From: Pocillopora damicornis
Taxonomy: Eukaryota
Assembly (NCBI RefSeq): GCF_003704095.1
Contig: NW_020845410.1
Location: 1,116,001 to 1,180,000, forward strand
Direction: 5' to 3'
Length of the DNA stretch: 64,000 nt
Notes under the pieces: generated by a model
Seen by the model: the letters and a program-made list of their open reading frames with translations, nothing else
Database searches by the model: none
What the model was told of the DNA's origin: nothing
In this document: piece after piece, positions 11,440 to 23,404 of the stretch
Layout of the letters: the number at the start of each line of letters is the position of its first letter
Numbering within the stretch: position 1 is the first letter of the stretch
Position numbers and translations under genes: made by a program

Positions 11440-14400
11440 ATGTGTACTGAAGTAGAAAACAAGTCTTTCACGACTCGTCTGTGGGAGCTTCCTGTGGCAC
11501 TGGCGGCAGTTGATCAACTATCACAAATTTACAATGCTGTCAAGGAGCGAAATTGTGTCACAAGGATGGCTTGTAATGCCGGTGAAAAAACGATCGATAT
11601 GGCGAATTCTGCCACTAAACCTATAATTCAGGCGGCCAGCACTTGCTCGCTGTCGAAACCCATCGTTGGAACAGTTGAATGTGCTGGTAAGTTTAAAATT
11701 TTTCCCATTCGATGACGTATTTACGGAAGTACGACGCTTACGAAATGTTTACTTGACATGTATTCCAGTTTGTGATAGCTTTCTCGTTTACTGTTTATTG
11801 TACCTTAATGTACTTGCTCCTTTGTCAACCATGATTGTGCTAGACTTCTGCCTTAATAGTAATTCGTCCTCGCTTTATTTTGTAATGTAATCGTATTTCC
11901 CTCGAAGGAAACAGTTCGTGAATGGACTTTGGTCAGGGTACTTTGACCTTTTTCTGTTCCGAGTAACGATTTCTGTTTATCGCTTCATTTATTTACTTCA
12001 GTGATATTGAACTTTAATTGTGTTTCAACTAATTATTTTTGTCGAGTGTTGTAATAACGACGAAGTAGGTTCAGAACAAAAGAATTGTTATTGTACAATG
12101 GAAAATCGATTACCGAGGTTAAGCGAAGAAAGGGTGGTTGTTTAACGAACGTTCCGCTAGAAAGCTTGTGTAGTGTTCAATTCTAAATTATGAATCCGTT
12201 TTAACTATCCATGCTTGGATCCTCTCCATATCCTATAGATCCACTATCTATATCTAGCACAATCTCTTTTTTGGCTTCTTTCTGCGCATAATTTTTTTTC
12301 TTTTGGAGGGAGGGATTTTTCCGTGAATGATTTGTTTTATTCTCCATGAAACCTCTCAACTTCAACCCTGACCTTCCCTCCCTGCAGAGAGCTTTTCGTG
12401 ATCAATCACCTGAGAACTATTTTTCTTTTTGAATTCAAAATAATTGTTTTTTTTTTAATCATAGCTGCAACCATTGACCGTGTGGCATCAGGAACATTAG
12501 CCATAGTCGAAGAGAAGTGTCCCATCATGACCAAAACACCCACGGAGGTATAACTCCTTGACTCTCTGTCTTCATTACTTGAGGGTTACTTCAAATATTT
12601 ATAAACTCGATTTCTTGGACATAGTTCTAGGGGATCCTAGTGCAGTTAGATCTTAAAGTGTGCAGCAGGCTGACAAGAATGATTTATAATTTTTGGTTAT
12701 GTTGAATGAATATTGACCAACATTATCTTTTAGAATGTACCCACTCAGTGGGTGAATTGTTGATTTTGCTGGGGCCAATTTGTCTTTAAAAAAAATGTTT
12801 AGCTCTCGAGAGGCATCAGGTCATCATGTGTTGACATTTTTTTTTTGTTGTGTTTTGATCTCAACAAAGCAACTTTGATTTGATATGTTGCACTGAGGAA
12901 AACAATTTTTGTGACTTGGAGATTAACTATTAATGGTTGTTGAAGGTTCTATTATAACGAAGTGGGATATTAGCACTTTAAAGTTGTCTGATATTGTGAT
13001 TTTGAATTGAAAGAGACAAAATGGTGTCATTATGCATGAAGGAAATTTGGGAATATGAGTAAACCCTATTTGCTTGAAATCTATAACATACTAAAAACTG
13101 CTATGTAGAAATCTTCTTCGTGTTATTGTTGTGATTGGTTAAATGATAATTTTCCTAGATCAAGACTACTGTGGCTGATACTGCCACAGAGTACTACAGC
13201 AAAGTACAAAACAGCTGTGTTGTGCAGATGTTGGCTGCCAAGACAGAGGAAGTCTTGGATTATAGTGAGTTGATTGCTGAAATGGCATTGCCAACTGACA
13301 GCAACAATGAAGAGGACAAGAAAGAACTGGAGAGAGCTGATGACGTTGCCAGCAAAGGAGCTTTATTGAGGGCTGTAACCCTTAAGAACATGGTGACACG
13401 TAGAGGAAAGAAGAAACTGATGACTTTCAGGCCTGTGAAGATCAGTGTTGATGTGGTATGTAACAGGTTTTAGATATGATCACTTAGTGCTCGGTAGAAA
13501 CCTGTTTGCCAGTTACTAATGGAGTGAGTTTGTTTATTACACTTTAACAGGTGACATGTTTACAGGGACACGTGAATGACTTACTAGGTAAATCATCTGA
13601 TTGCAGCAAGAAAGTCTATAAGGCATCCATGTACATCCCAAACTTGGCTCTCGGTCTTTCTGGTGAAGTGATTGTCTGTACAAAGGACCTAGTTTTTGCT
13701 CTTAATCAGGTAAATATGTGGGCTACTCTGATATGTTTGGACTTAAATATTCTTGGCAGTGCTGTATTTTTTATCAGAAAACAAAATAAACTGTTTTAAT
13801 TTTGACAAATGCATCACACTATTCAACACTGGATTCAACCCCATGAAGTGCAGGCTATTGGGTGAGGTACAAAGAAGAATTATTGTGAAAAACAAACTAC
13901 TTTAAAGTCTTCAATTTCTGCCTCTAGTAAGTCCCATTAGCTCAACTAAAATATATTTTTGTAAGAAAAGAAAAACCAATCAGCAAAAGTCCAACCATTC
14001 AGGAAACCTTTGTATGCTTTGCTGGTTTATTTTTTGCAGAAACTTTAAGAATACATCTTGATGTGATGAACTTTGGCCAGTTTTTTTTGTGGCTTGCATC
14101 CAAACAAAAGGAACACAGCCATTTGTACACCAATATTGTTTGTGGTATAACATTCTGAAATGTAGTACCAGACAAACATTCATTGCTTCTTTCAGGCTCA
14201 CTCAATAAAGGATATGCCCTCTTGTGTGGCCAATGTGGTGGTCAAGGCCATTCAGCCACTCTCCGATGTTACAGACAAGCTGGCTGGCTATGTATTTGTC
14301 CCTCCACAAGTTATGACTGAGTACCTTCTGACATCTCGCCCAGTTCAGTGGATTCTCCCTGAAATTGTCCCAGTTCAAGACTTGATCACCAAAATGGATA

Positions 14401-14468
14401 TCACCATGGAAGAGATTGAAGACACAACTGAGTCAGAGGAATTTGAAAATTTGGAAGACTCTTCATAA
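11440..14468 (+). CDS. Perilipin/PAT-family protein B (~352 aa using exon 1b)
   Basis: Exons 11440-11686, 12465-12547, 13159-13455, 13551-13709 and 14196-14468 join in frame with GT-AG sites. RLWELPV...YNAVKERN and IDRVASGTLAIVEEKCPIM are PAT-like. Exon 2 is 83 bp, phase 1/0, exactly as in perilipin A. Confidence 0.82.
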
Positions 14469-15557
14469 ATTTTGAAAATTTCCTTCTTTATTAATATATT
14501 TTCCTTTTAAAGAAGTCACAACTATTTTATCTCTTTTTAATTAATCAGCTACTGTAAATTAATGTATATTAGGGTCAGGTATAAGTAAGTGTCCTGAAGT
14601 TTTCAAGGAGGAAAGGCTCACATTCACAAAAGCTCATGTGGTTTATATTTTTACTGTAAAATTCACAACACTGTTTCATTGCAGATTTGATCAGAGAACT
14701 AGATATATTTGCAAAGACTAGTGACTGAAAATTAAAAAAGCAATACATCATTTTCTTTCTTTGAAAATTGTAAAGATTTTAACTTTGTTTTTAAACTTCA
14801 AAGTCAATGGAAATCATAATTATGGCCTGTGACATTTTATGAATTATTTTATACAACAAATAGTTTGTAATGGTTGTTTCTTGGTGTAAATTGTAAAATT
14901 GATTTTGCAAGGGTCAGGAATTGAAGCATGGGTGTCTGTGTGGCCACAATGAGAAAAAGTTGATATCAAATGCATCTGAATGATTAGACTGTGTAATCAA
15001 ATGTTACTCTGGAATTAAAAAAACTTACTTTATATAATCATAATATATCAGAGACTTCCATAAATAAAGAGGTGTTATGTTATCTAGTCTAAATGGTAAA
15101 ATACGAACAGTTGTTCAATAAAAACAGTCCTTGTTATGTTATTATGGAATTTTTTCTACTGTGGGAAAATCGTAGCAACAGCTGATTTCCTGTTGAATCA
15201 AGTTCAAAACATTGGGCATAAATCTTAAACTGCACACTGAGTACACAAAGAAACTGATCCTTTCATTCTTGAGATCTAAGTAACAATTCCCCACAATGCT
15301 TGCCATTCACCTTTAACTTTATTAATTTTAGCTCAGAAAAATTGCTAAGGAACAATTTTTTATTTGATTATTGTCTTTCATTCCACACCTCTCTGCTGTG
15401 AAATGTATTGATGTTGGAGAAATTCCTTTTCAGTCGCCGGGGTGAAAGTAAAAAATTAACTAAAAGTGCTTAGCTTTCAGCTTTGACACAGTGTCATAGT
15501 TCCAGCAGAAGTTCTTAAATTTTGCTTGAAACAAGTTGTGTGGTTGAACTTGGCATC

Positions 15558-17289
15558 TCATGGTGACTTTTTGCCATACTTGATCTCTTGTGTTGATGTT
15601 ATAAGTTTGTGTAATGCCGCATCTGAGCGCCACCTTAAAATTGGTAGAAAGTCGAACCTGATCAACAATGTTAAGCTGAAATGGAATGGTGCCAGAAAGA
15701 ACTCATTTGCCAGATCCAGTATTTTAAATAGCAAGTTGTCTTCTTTAGTTGGTAGTCTCTGGGGAGTTTCACCTTCAAAGAGAAGGTGTCCCAAGAATTG
15801 AAGCACCAGGCATAAACTGATGACAATGCCAGCCTGGAAAGTTGTTACGCCAGTGTGTATATATACAGCGTAGTATGCCAAGACATTGTACAGAATGGAA
15901 TATACAAACTAAGAAATGAACATAAACAAAGAGAACATTAATTTAATTCATGTAGATGTGTTTAAGAGCAAGGATGATTTAACATGAAGCCTTATTTTTG
16001 TCAATGTTAAAATTTTAAAGAAGCATATTGAGCCCTTGGCAAGGAGCTGCAGTGTACTCTATGATCCACTCAAATTAACAAGAGTGTATGGGTGTGAAAG
16101 AGAAAAATTAACTTTCGTATCAGGGATATATATCCATATCCATCCTGGAGGCATTCAAAAGCTAAATTTTTCAAAGGAAAGAATGAAACTCAAATAGAAT
16201 CTCTAGGGGTCTTGGGTTGGGGATGTAAAAGCAGTGATCTTTGTTATAGATGACTTAAAACTTAAACTTATGACATTTACAACAATAGCACTTACCCCCA
16301 TTGGAGGCTCTTGTGCAATACACAGGAGACATTTCAAAATAATAAGTAACAACTGGAGAGAGATGGGTAGAATATTGCGTCCAATACATAGTATAGCCCA
16401 AGCCTTGGGCCAAGATGTCACAACATGAAGTATAACATTCCTATACAAATAAGAAATTGAGGTTGAGTCAAAGATTCATCAGTTAGCGGGCAATCTGTTG
16501 GTTAGTTGCAGATTTCTAGCATATAATTTATTTACTTAATGTGTATTTATTATTTTAACTGATGATCAATTTCCAACAATCACTTGGGTCACTGTTTGAG
16601 GCCAATGAATGAAAGATAGATGATTACTAATTAACTTTCCAGCTTGTAAATATGTGGGTATATCATTGACAAGAATATACCAATTCTATTTTGTTGAACA
16701 AGGAACTTGGGAAGATATCTGTATAAAATCAAACTCTCCTAAAACAAAGCCGTATTCCTAAAGGCAATCCACTTTTTTGTCATTGTTTTTTTTTTATCCA
16801 AGAACTGCATGCATAATGAAGTATGGGGATGTGCGGAAATCTTGCCAGGAAGGGGCGCAAGGAGGAAATAGTGGCTCGTTTAATAAAAATCTTTGTAAGC
16901 AAGAATTAGGGAGCAGTAAACCAGGGTTAACAAATTAACAATCCTCGGGGTCATGATCAGAATGAAGGTTACAACAAGAGTTACATAAAATGATCTTGAG
17001 AATTATGAATGGTTTTTCTAATTAACGTGTAGATTTGACGAAACATGACAATGTTTGAATTTAAATCAAATTTGGGTTTAGAAGATCCTCTAAAAAGGAC
17101 GCGATCGTGAGAAACATTCCTAATGAGGATGGAATCGTCTAACTTAGTTTGAGAAAAACCATTCAATCGATCTGTCAGTGTCTGTTCGATCGCCACTTAC
17201 CAAAGTTTCTTGTGTGAAAAGCGTTTGGTAGCAGTTTGCAGGGAACTGTCAATAAAGTAACCAAATCCCAAATTCAAAGACTTAGACAT
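15558..17289 (-). CDS. Mpo1/DUF962-family membrane protein (2-hydroxy fatty acid dioxygenase-like), ~194 aa
   Basis: Exons 17289-17201, 16440-16296 and 15908-15558 join in frame. Motifs HKKLWNVILH (HxxxxNxxxH), QFLGHLLFEGETP (QFxGHxxFExxxP) and FFLAPF resemble yeast Mpo1/YGL010w. Hydrophobic segments lie between them. Confidence 0.75.
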
Positions 17290-17628
17290 CTTCGCGTTTC
17301 TCTGCCTTGGAGGCGATGAATATTCGACGTGCCTTGGTGAAACTCGACCGAAAATCACACATAGACGAGTAGAAATGAACAACCACTAAGTCACGCAATA
17401 CGTGACGAGTTTGTCACGCCTTAGTTATATTTCTAATTATTTGGAGGAAATTTGTAAGGAAGTAATTTCCGCAACGAGCTTATCTGGTTTGGCCGGGGAA
17501 GATTTTAGAAAATGATAATAAAATGTCGATGAATCTGGCTACTATATCGATTGTAAATGTGCTTCCAACCAGGCCACAAAGATCTTTGGTTTTCAAGGAG
17601 TGGTCGCTAAGTCCTTGAAAGAAGAAAA

Positions 17629-20600
17629 ATGTTTATTATTCCTTTGTTTGGTTCATCGAGGAATTCCTCTTTTGCCTCTGTGCAGCAGGTATGTACTGTT
17701 GTTTACATATTTGATCAGGTTATATTTTCCCAGTGACAGGGGAAGCCTGTTTTAATAGGAAACTGAATTATGCACCATTTACATGCATTTGAACACAGCT
17801 TCCGAGAAGACACTTTCTGTTAAAGAAGTACGTTAAATTAAGGAAAAAATGGCCCTCAGCATTTTCATGGAGTACTTTTGATAAATGTTTTCTTACTACT
17901 CACTACACAGGAGCTGTAAAGAATAGCTCCTGTGTTTCCATCCAGGTCAAATGAAATATTTCTGATTGGAAGTAATTTCTTTCCTTAAAATATTCAAGAT
18001 GGAAAATACTCAATTTTGTTTTTTGATCATTTATGGTTTACTGTTTTGCCGCTTGAAGTTTTATTGCAGCAGAGGGGTTTCCCCAAGCAAAGTACTTCAG
18101 ATAGGCAAAGGAAAGAATTCAGTATGGAGCCTTGTAGGGAAAATGATGATTTCTCAGTGGCTACCAATAGAAATATACCTCTTGCTATAGATTCTAATTC
18201 CGAGAACGGGTCTACCACAGAGGAAATCAGAACTGAAGTGGATCACAACTCTCCAAAGCAGTTTGAGCCTGATTCTAATCCTTTAAAGCCAAACAAGTCT
18301 CACAATGCAAGTAACAGAGAAGTACTAGCTGTCTGTGTACCTCAATTTGTTCAAAATAGTAGAATTGTGATCATCTTTATTGATGCATGCCAGGCAGTTT
18401 TAAAGATCTGGGGGTCGTACAGTAATTTGCAGCACTTGTTGAGAAAGCATGGAATCAACACACATAGATTCAGCCAATCAGAACTGAGAAAATTAAAGAG
18501 CATGGGGGCAGTGGACATGCAGGTGAAACTATGCTCATTTATCAGTGACAAAGATTTTCGTCAAATACTTATGAAGTATGACGAAATTTGCAACACAAAT
18601 AAAGCCAAGTTTATACACTTTTTGACTCCAGTTGAAATCAGTGATAATTATTCAGACTCTGTAAATGTTCAAGGTGTGCAGAGCAATATTGGAAACAATA
18701 AAAATTCCAACATCACTTGGCCATCACAAAACACCATTTCCTCATTGCATAGGATTCATGCATATATGATCGAAAACCAGGAAGTTATTACTTTATCTGA
18801 ATTAAATTCCTTGTTTGTGCATTTTGAGAGGCCAGACCTTTTACTCCAAGTTCTATCAACCTTAGAAATAACTGTCAGTATGTTAATGTCCAATAAGCTG
18901 GAGAGAGTAGGGATTCCTACTGCCATTACTGATGGTGACTGTGCAAGATTGTTTATTAATAAGAAGGATTTTGATAGAATTCTGCAATACAATGCAGCTT
19001 TCCTCAACCAAAATCCACCAAAAATTGTATGGATACATTTAAATGAATCACATTTACTTAGCAAGGGACAAACGTCACAAAGATCAAACAGTGTTGCAGG
19101 ATATGATGAGCCTGAGGCTGTTGATTCATTGAATAAATCTTATGATTATATTGAGAATTTCAACTTGAATACCTGTCAAAGTGAAATCAGTGCTGAAGCT
19201 CACAGAGCTAACTTGCAAAGTGGCCTGGGTAAGAAAGATGAAATGGATGATTTGTCAGATATGCTGCATGTTGTGCCACAAAGTGGAAGTCCCCCAATGT
19301 CACAAGGAGGTGGGACAAATAGATGCAGATATATAATTCGTACCTGTCGTGTTAATGATGAGGTTGTTGTTTGCATTCCTGATCTTCAAAAGGCTGTTAT
19401 TGACATCTTTAAACAACGTGTGCAAGTGGGAAATTATATGCACCACCTTAACATTTCAACAAAAAGGTTTGAACGAGTTTTCTTGCAGCGGCTAAAATCA
19501 CACAATATTCTGAGTTCGAGAGCAAAACTGTGCACCTACATCACCAAGACTGATGCTGAAAGGTTATTGCAAATGTACCATGTAAATCATTGTGACAATG
19601 GAGACAAAATTCTACAAAACATTGAATGGAGTGAGCCAATCAATTTAGAAGATGCAGTCAACAATGTCTGCGGAGACAGTCAAAGGCATCTGGTTGAACA
19701 TGGTGGCCAAGAAACTTTGAAAATTCCTTTGTTCATTGTAAATGATCAGATTGTTGTGTCAATGCCTGATGTTCACAAAGTTGTGCAGCTTTTGAACGGC
19801 CAAAGTGTCCAGTTGCAGTACAATCTCCAGAAGTTAGGAATTGTCAAGTATAAGTATCCTTACAATGACATTTGTCAACTGAAAGTTCTGACCCAGATGA
19901 AAAGGCCAAGTTTGCGCACATACATCACTAAGTCAGATGTTGATAAGGTGTTGAAGTTTTACATCACACCAGAAAATGAAACCAGGTTGCAACTGATTGA
20001 GTGGCAGACTCCAATAGCAGTGGAAAGTGTGGCCTGCAGCTCAGCATCTAGTGGAATTTCAAGTGTAGATGCTGAGTCCATCAGCACAGAGAACAATGAT
20101 GTAAATCCTGCAGATGGTGAGACATGTGACTTGTATTCCTTTTCAGATCTTTTCAAAGCCTTTGTCAGTGATGACTCAGAATCTGTGGATAGCTTTAATG
20201 ATGATGACGATGACGACTTGCCAGAGACATTGTTCCACCCCTCATCGCCATCACCATCATCAAGGGCTGGCACCACCAATCCTTTACAGTCTACTCCAAT
20301 CACTTTCTACACAAGTGATAAAGTGAATTCTCCTAGTAATCAGTTACATCCAGTTAAACCATTGTTCTCAAACAATCACTTGCCACCATTACATCTTCCT
20401 GGCAGACATGATAGAGATGTTAATCAAGTAGGACTGGATGTCAATCAAAGAAGTCAGGTCAATGTCGAGGATGTGACAAGATGTTGGAGCTGTGACACTC
20501 CATCTTGTACCAAGATGCATCCAAGCAACATCTTAGGAAATAGTGCTGTCACAACTTGTAAAAGTATTCATTCAAAAATTTCAAGTGATGGTGGAGCAAG

Positions 20601-22912
20601 CCAGACTCTTCCAGGTACTTCAGTAAAGTTGACAAACTGTGGTAAGCCCTCAGGATAAATTATTAGACAGTGTAACTGTATGTAATTGCTCAGTTGTCTG
20701 CTTGTCTATCTTTTTGCCTTCATAATATTCCTTTGTTTGTCTGTCTCACATTCTACTCATTTAGCAATGGAATGGTTGGTTGTTTCCCAGGGGTGAGTTA
20801 GCCTCCATCTTTTTGTCAGCCTCTCAGCTTAGTTAGGTTTTGATTGCTTGCTTGCTTGCCAAGAGTTTGTGTGTTTGTGTCTTTCTGTCAGTCTGAATAA
20901 AGGGGGTAAGTTTCTAAACAAACTGTGGTGCTACCTTGATGGGGAGTATTATGAGATAATTTGGTTTTATCAACTGAATTGATAATGTAAGTTGGTCACC
21001 ATAAAGAGGAACTCTTTACAATGGCCAGTCTATGTTATCAACTCAGAGTTGGTAAAACCAATTTTCTGTCATTCAGTCTCATCTGTTCTTTACCTATGAA
21101 GGCCTGTTTCTTTCCCTTTTTGCTGTGTACCTGCCTTTCGGTGTGACTCTGTTAATCTGTTGGTCTGTTTCTGTCTGACTGCCTGCTTGTCAACCCTTCA
21201 GCTCACTTTGTAATCAGTTGCTCGGCTGTTACGTCGGTCTTTGTGTGTCTGTGGAGACGTGCTTTCCTGGTTTTTTTTTCATCCCTGTTTACTTAGTGTG
21301 TTAGTGTGGTAAGGGAAAGCATTGTAAATATGAATGTAAAATTTTTTTCCAGACTGTAGCCATCATAGCTACAAAAGAACCAGGGAGGTTTTAGTCGGTG
21401 AGGGTGCATGGATGGAACAGTTGGCTAAAAAACACAGGGGTAATTTGAAACCTGTACGGCTGTCTTGAGTTGTAATATTTTAATTTTTATAACAGTTCAG
21501 GTAGATACATTGTACTTGATCAATGCTTAAAAACATTCTTCTTGATTTTGCAGCAGACCACAATGACCTTCTGAAGACCTTGCAGCACAAAGAAACAGAA
21601 CTGAACATTTTATATGGTAAATGATATAAGAATTCCTTACCCAGAAAACGTTGCAAGCAAAAGGAAATTGATCAGCCCTTGAATAGACCCAAAATTGATC
21701 AATGACAGACTTTTTTTTAAAGAATATTTCAGGCTGTAGAAGACTAAAAATTGATCTTCTTTGATTTAGTTTGTTGAAGTAAATAATGTTGTTATAATTC
21801 TGCTTTTCTTAAGACGCATATCAGGAACAAATAAAACGGGAGAGGAAGCAAAGGCTGGCAGTTCAGCGAGAATTGGATCAAGTGAGGAGTATGTACTCGA
21901 TATTTATCATATTGAACTGAGAGAGAAACTGCGTCCCTTTTCTTGTGCGGCTCGCACTCGCTTCGCGCATTTCTTAGGCTTGTTACTTAGTTCTATTTTT
22001 ACGATGTTAAAATTGACAGCTTTTTTTTTGGTCTGGGCAGATTCCAATGCGGAACTGCTACAAAACATCGAAAGAAAGAAAATAGAAATGAAGATTTTGC
22101 ACGGTAAGCTAGTGTCTTCTGCAGGCTCTTTTCTTTACAACAATCTAGAATAACAGTTTTACCTCGAAGGGTCTTCATGATATATTTATTTCGCTTCCAG
22201 AATCTGTGTGACATGTGTCGAGGGAATGAAAAAAATGTCTCCCAAGATCACCAAAGTGTTAAAGACGCAGGCCCAGTTGTTCAAAGGCAGATAAGGCCAT
22301 CCAGCGGATAAGTGTTATCAAAACGTATTGTGTTATCTACCAGATACAGATTTATCCAGTGGATGGCGTAATCTTCCCTTTGAAGAAACCGGGGCCTGAA
22401 AGAAGTCTTCATTACGTTAGGCACTAGTAGTATTTCCAATACAAATCCGATTCTCGATAAAACCGGTCATTGTTTAATTTTCTTCAAATTATTTTAAGTT
22501 CTTTGATTCAATTGTTGTTTCAGATTCACACAAGCTGCAGATGGATTTGGAGAAAAAGAAGAGGGAACAGCTTCAGATTGAACTTCGTAATCCTCGAGGT
22601 AAAATGTTTAGAGTATCACTTCTGTTTTGCTAATGAAGCGAGCACACTGAGTCAAGCAGAAGCAATCAGAATAGCTCTCCTTTAATCCCGAATACGGCTC
22701 GCACACCGCCATATTTAAGCTTAATGATCCAACTCTTTTTATGCTTGACGGCTTGCTTTCGCCTGAAGGACATCAGCCAGGATCAGTAGCGCCATCTCAA
22801 AACCTGTGTCACACTGTCACATATCGTCGCATCCTCAACTATGTTTTTGTTCTCTTTGATAGGTGGTGAAGCACGGTTCAACATTGTTCATGTGAAACAA
22901 GAACCTCTGTAG
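17629..22912 (+). CDS. Protein with four tandem Ski/Sno/Dachshund-like domains and a C-terminal coiled coil (~990 aa)
   Basis: Putative exons 17629-17688 (start uncertain), 18070-20641, 21353-21397, ~21554-21616, ~21814-21888, ~22525-22598 and 22863-22912 join in frame. Repeats such as LRKLKSMGAVDMQVKLCSFISDKDF and LQRLKSHNILSSRAKLCTYITKTDAERL resemble the Dach/Ski domain (LRGLGAIQPGVNRCKLISRKDF; CGLITKTDAERL). Tail: YQEQIKRERKQRLAVQRELDQVR...IVHVKQEPL*. Confidence 0.75.
20900..21064. repeat. Imperfect inverted-repeat element in an intron
   Basis: ttggttttatcaactga..ttgataatgtaagttggtcaccataaagag is roughly inverted to ctctttacaatggccagtctatgttatcaactcag..ttggtaaaaccaa. Confidence 0.55.
22268..22397. 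mobile_element. Palindromic MITE-like element
   Basis: Terminal inverted repeats caggcccagttgttcaaagg ... ccctttgaagaaaccggggcctg, with internal atccag..ggat repeats. Confidence 0.65.
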
Positions 22913-23404
22913 TAAAACGAATGATATCAAGCTTACTGCAAATTCAGATGTGGTGGCATCCTTCCAAGTTGACTTAGCTAAATATAACGGCAAACCAGCT
23001 CCACAACAAAGAGAGTTACAAGAGTGACCACACTGAATATATATAAACTTTACATACTGGAGTTCATTTATTAATTTATTGCCAGCTTTCGAATTCTCTC
23101 ATGCCTTGACATCAGCCATAAAGTGTTTAACTCAATTGATATAAAGAGCTTGGAAAACAACTCTTCTTGTCTTGTGTCGTTTCACTTCTGTGTTCTTTCA
23201 CCCTCGCAATTGTCGCTTTCTTGCCTGCCACGTACATTTATTACTTTTGATCTTTCTCCCTATCTATTGCTTGCTTACTTTCTGTAACCCTTGACAAAAG
23301 TTCATTACGTCCTTGAAATAAGAGCGTTGCTTGTGAGGTGCACTGAACTTCAAGCCTCGTGAAACACGCTGTTTCTCCTTTTCTCGGGAACGATTTGCCT
23401 TTTG

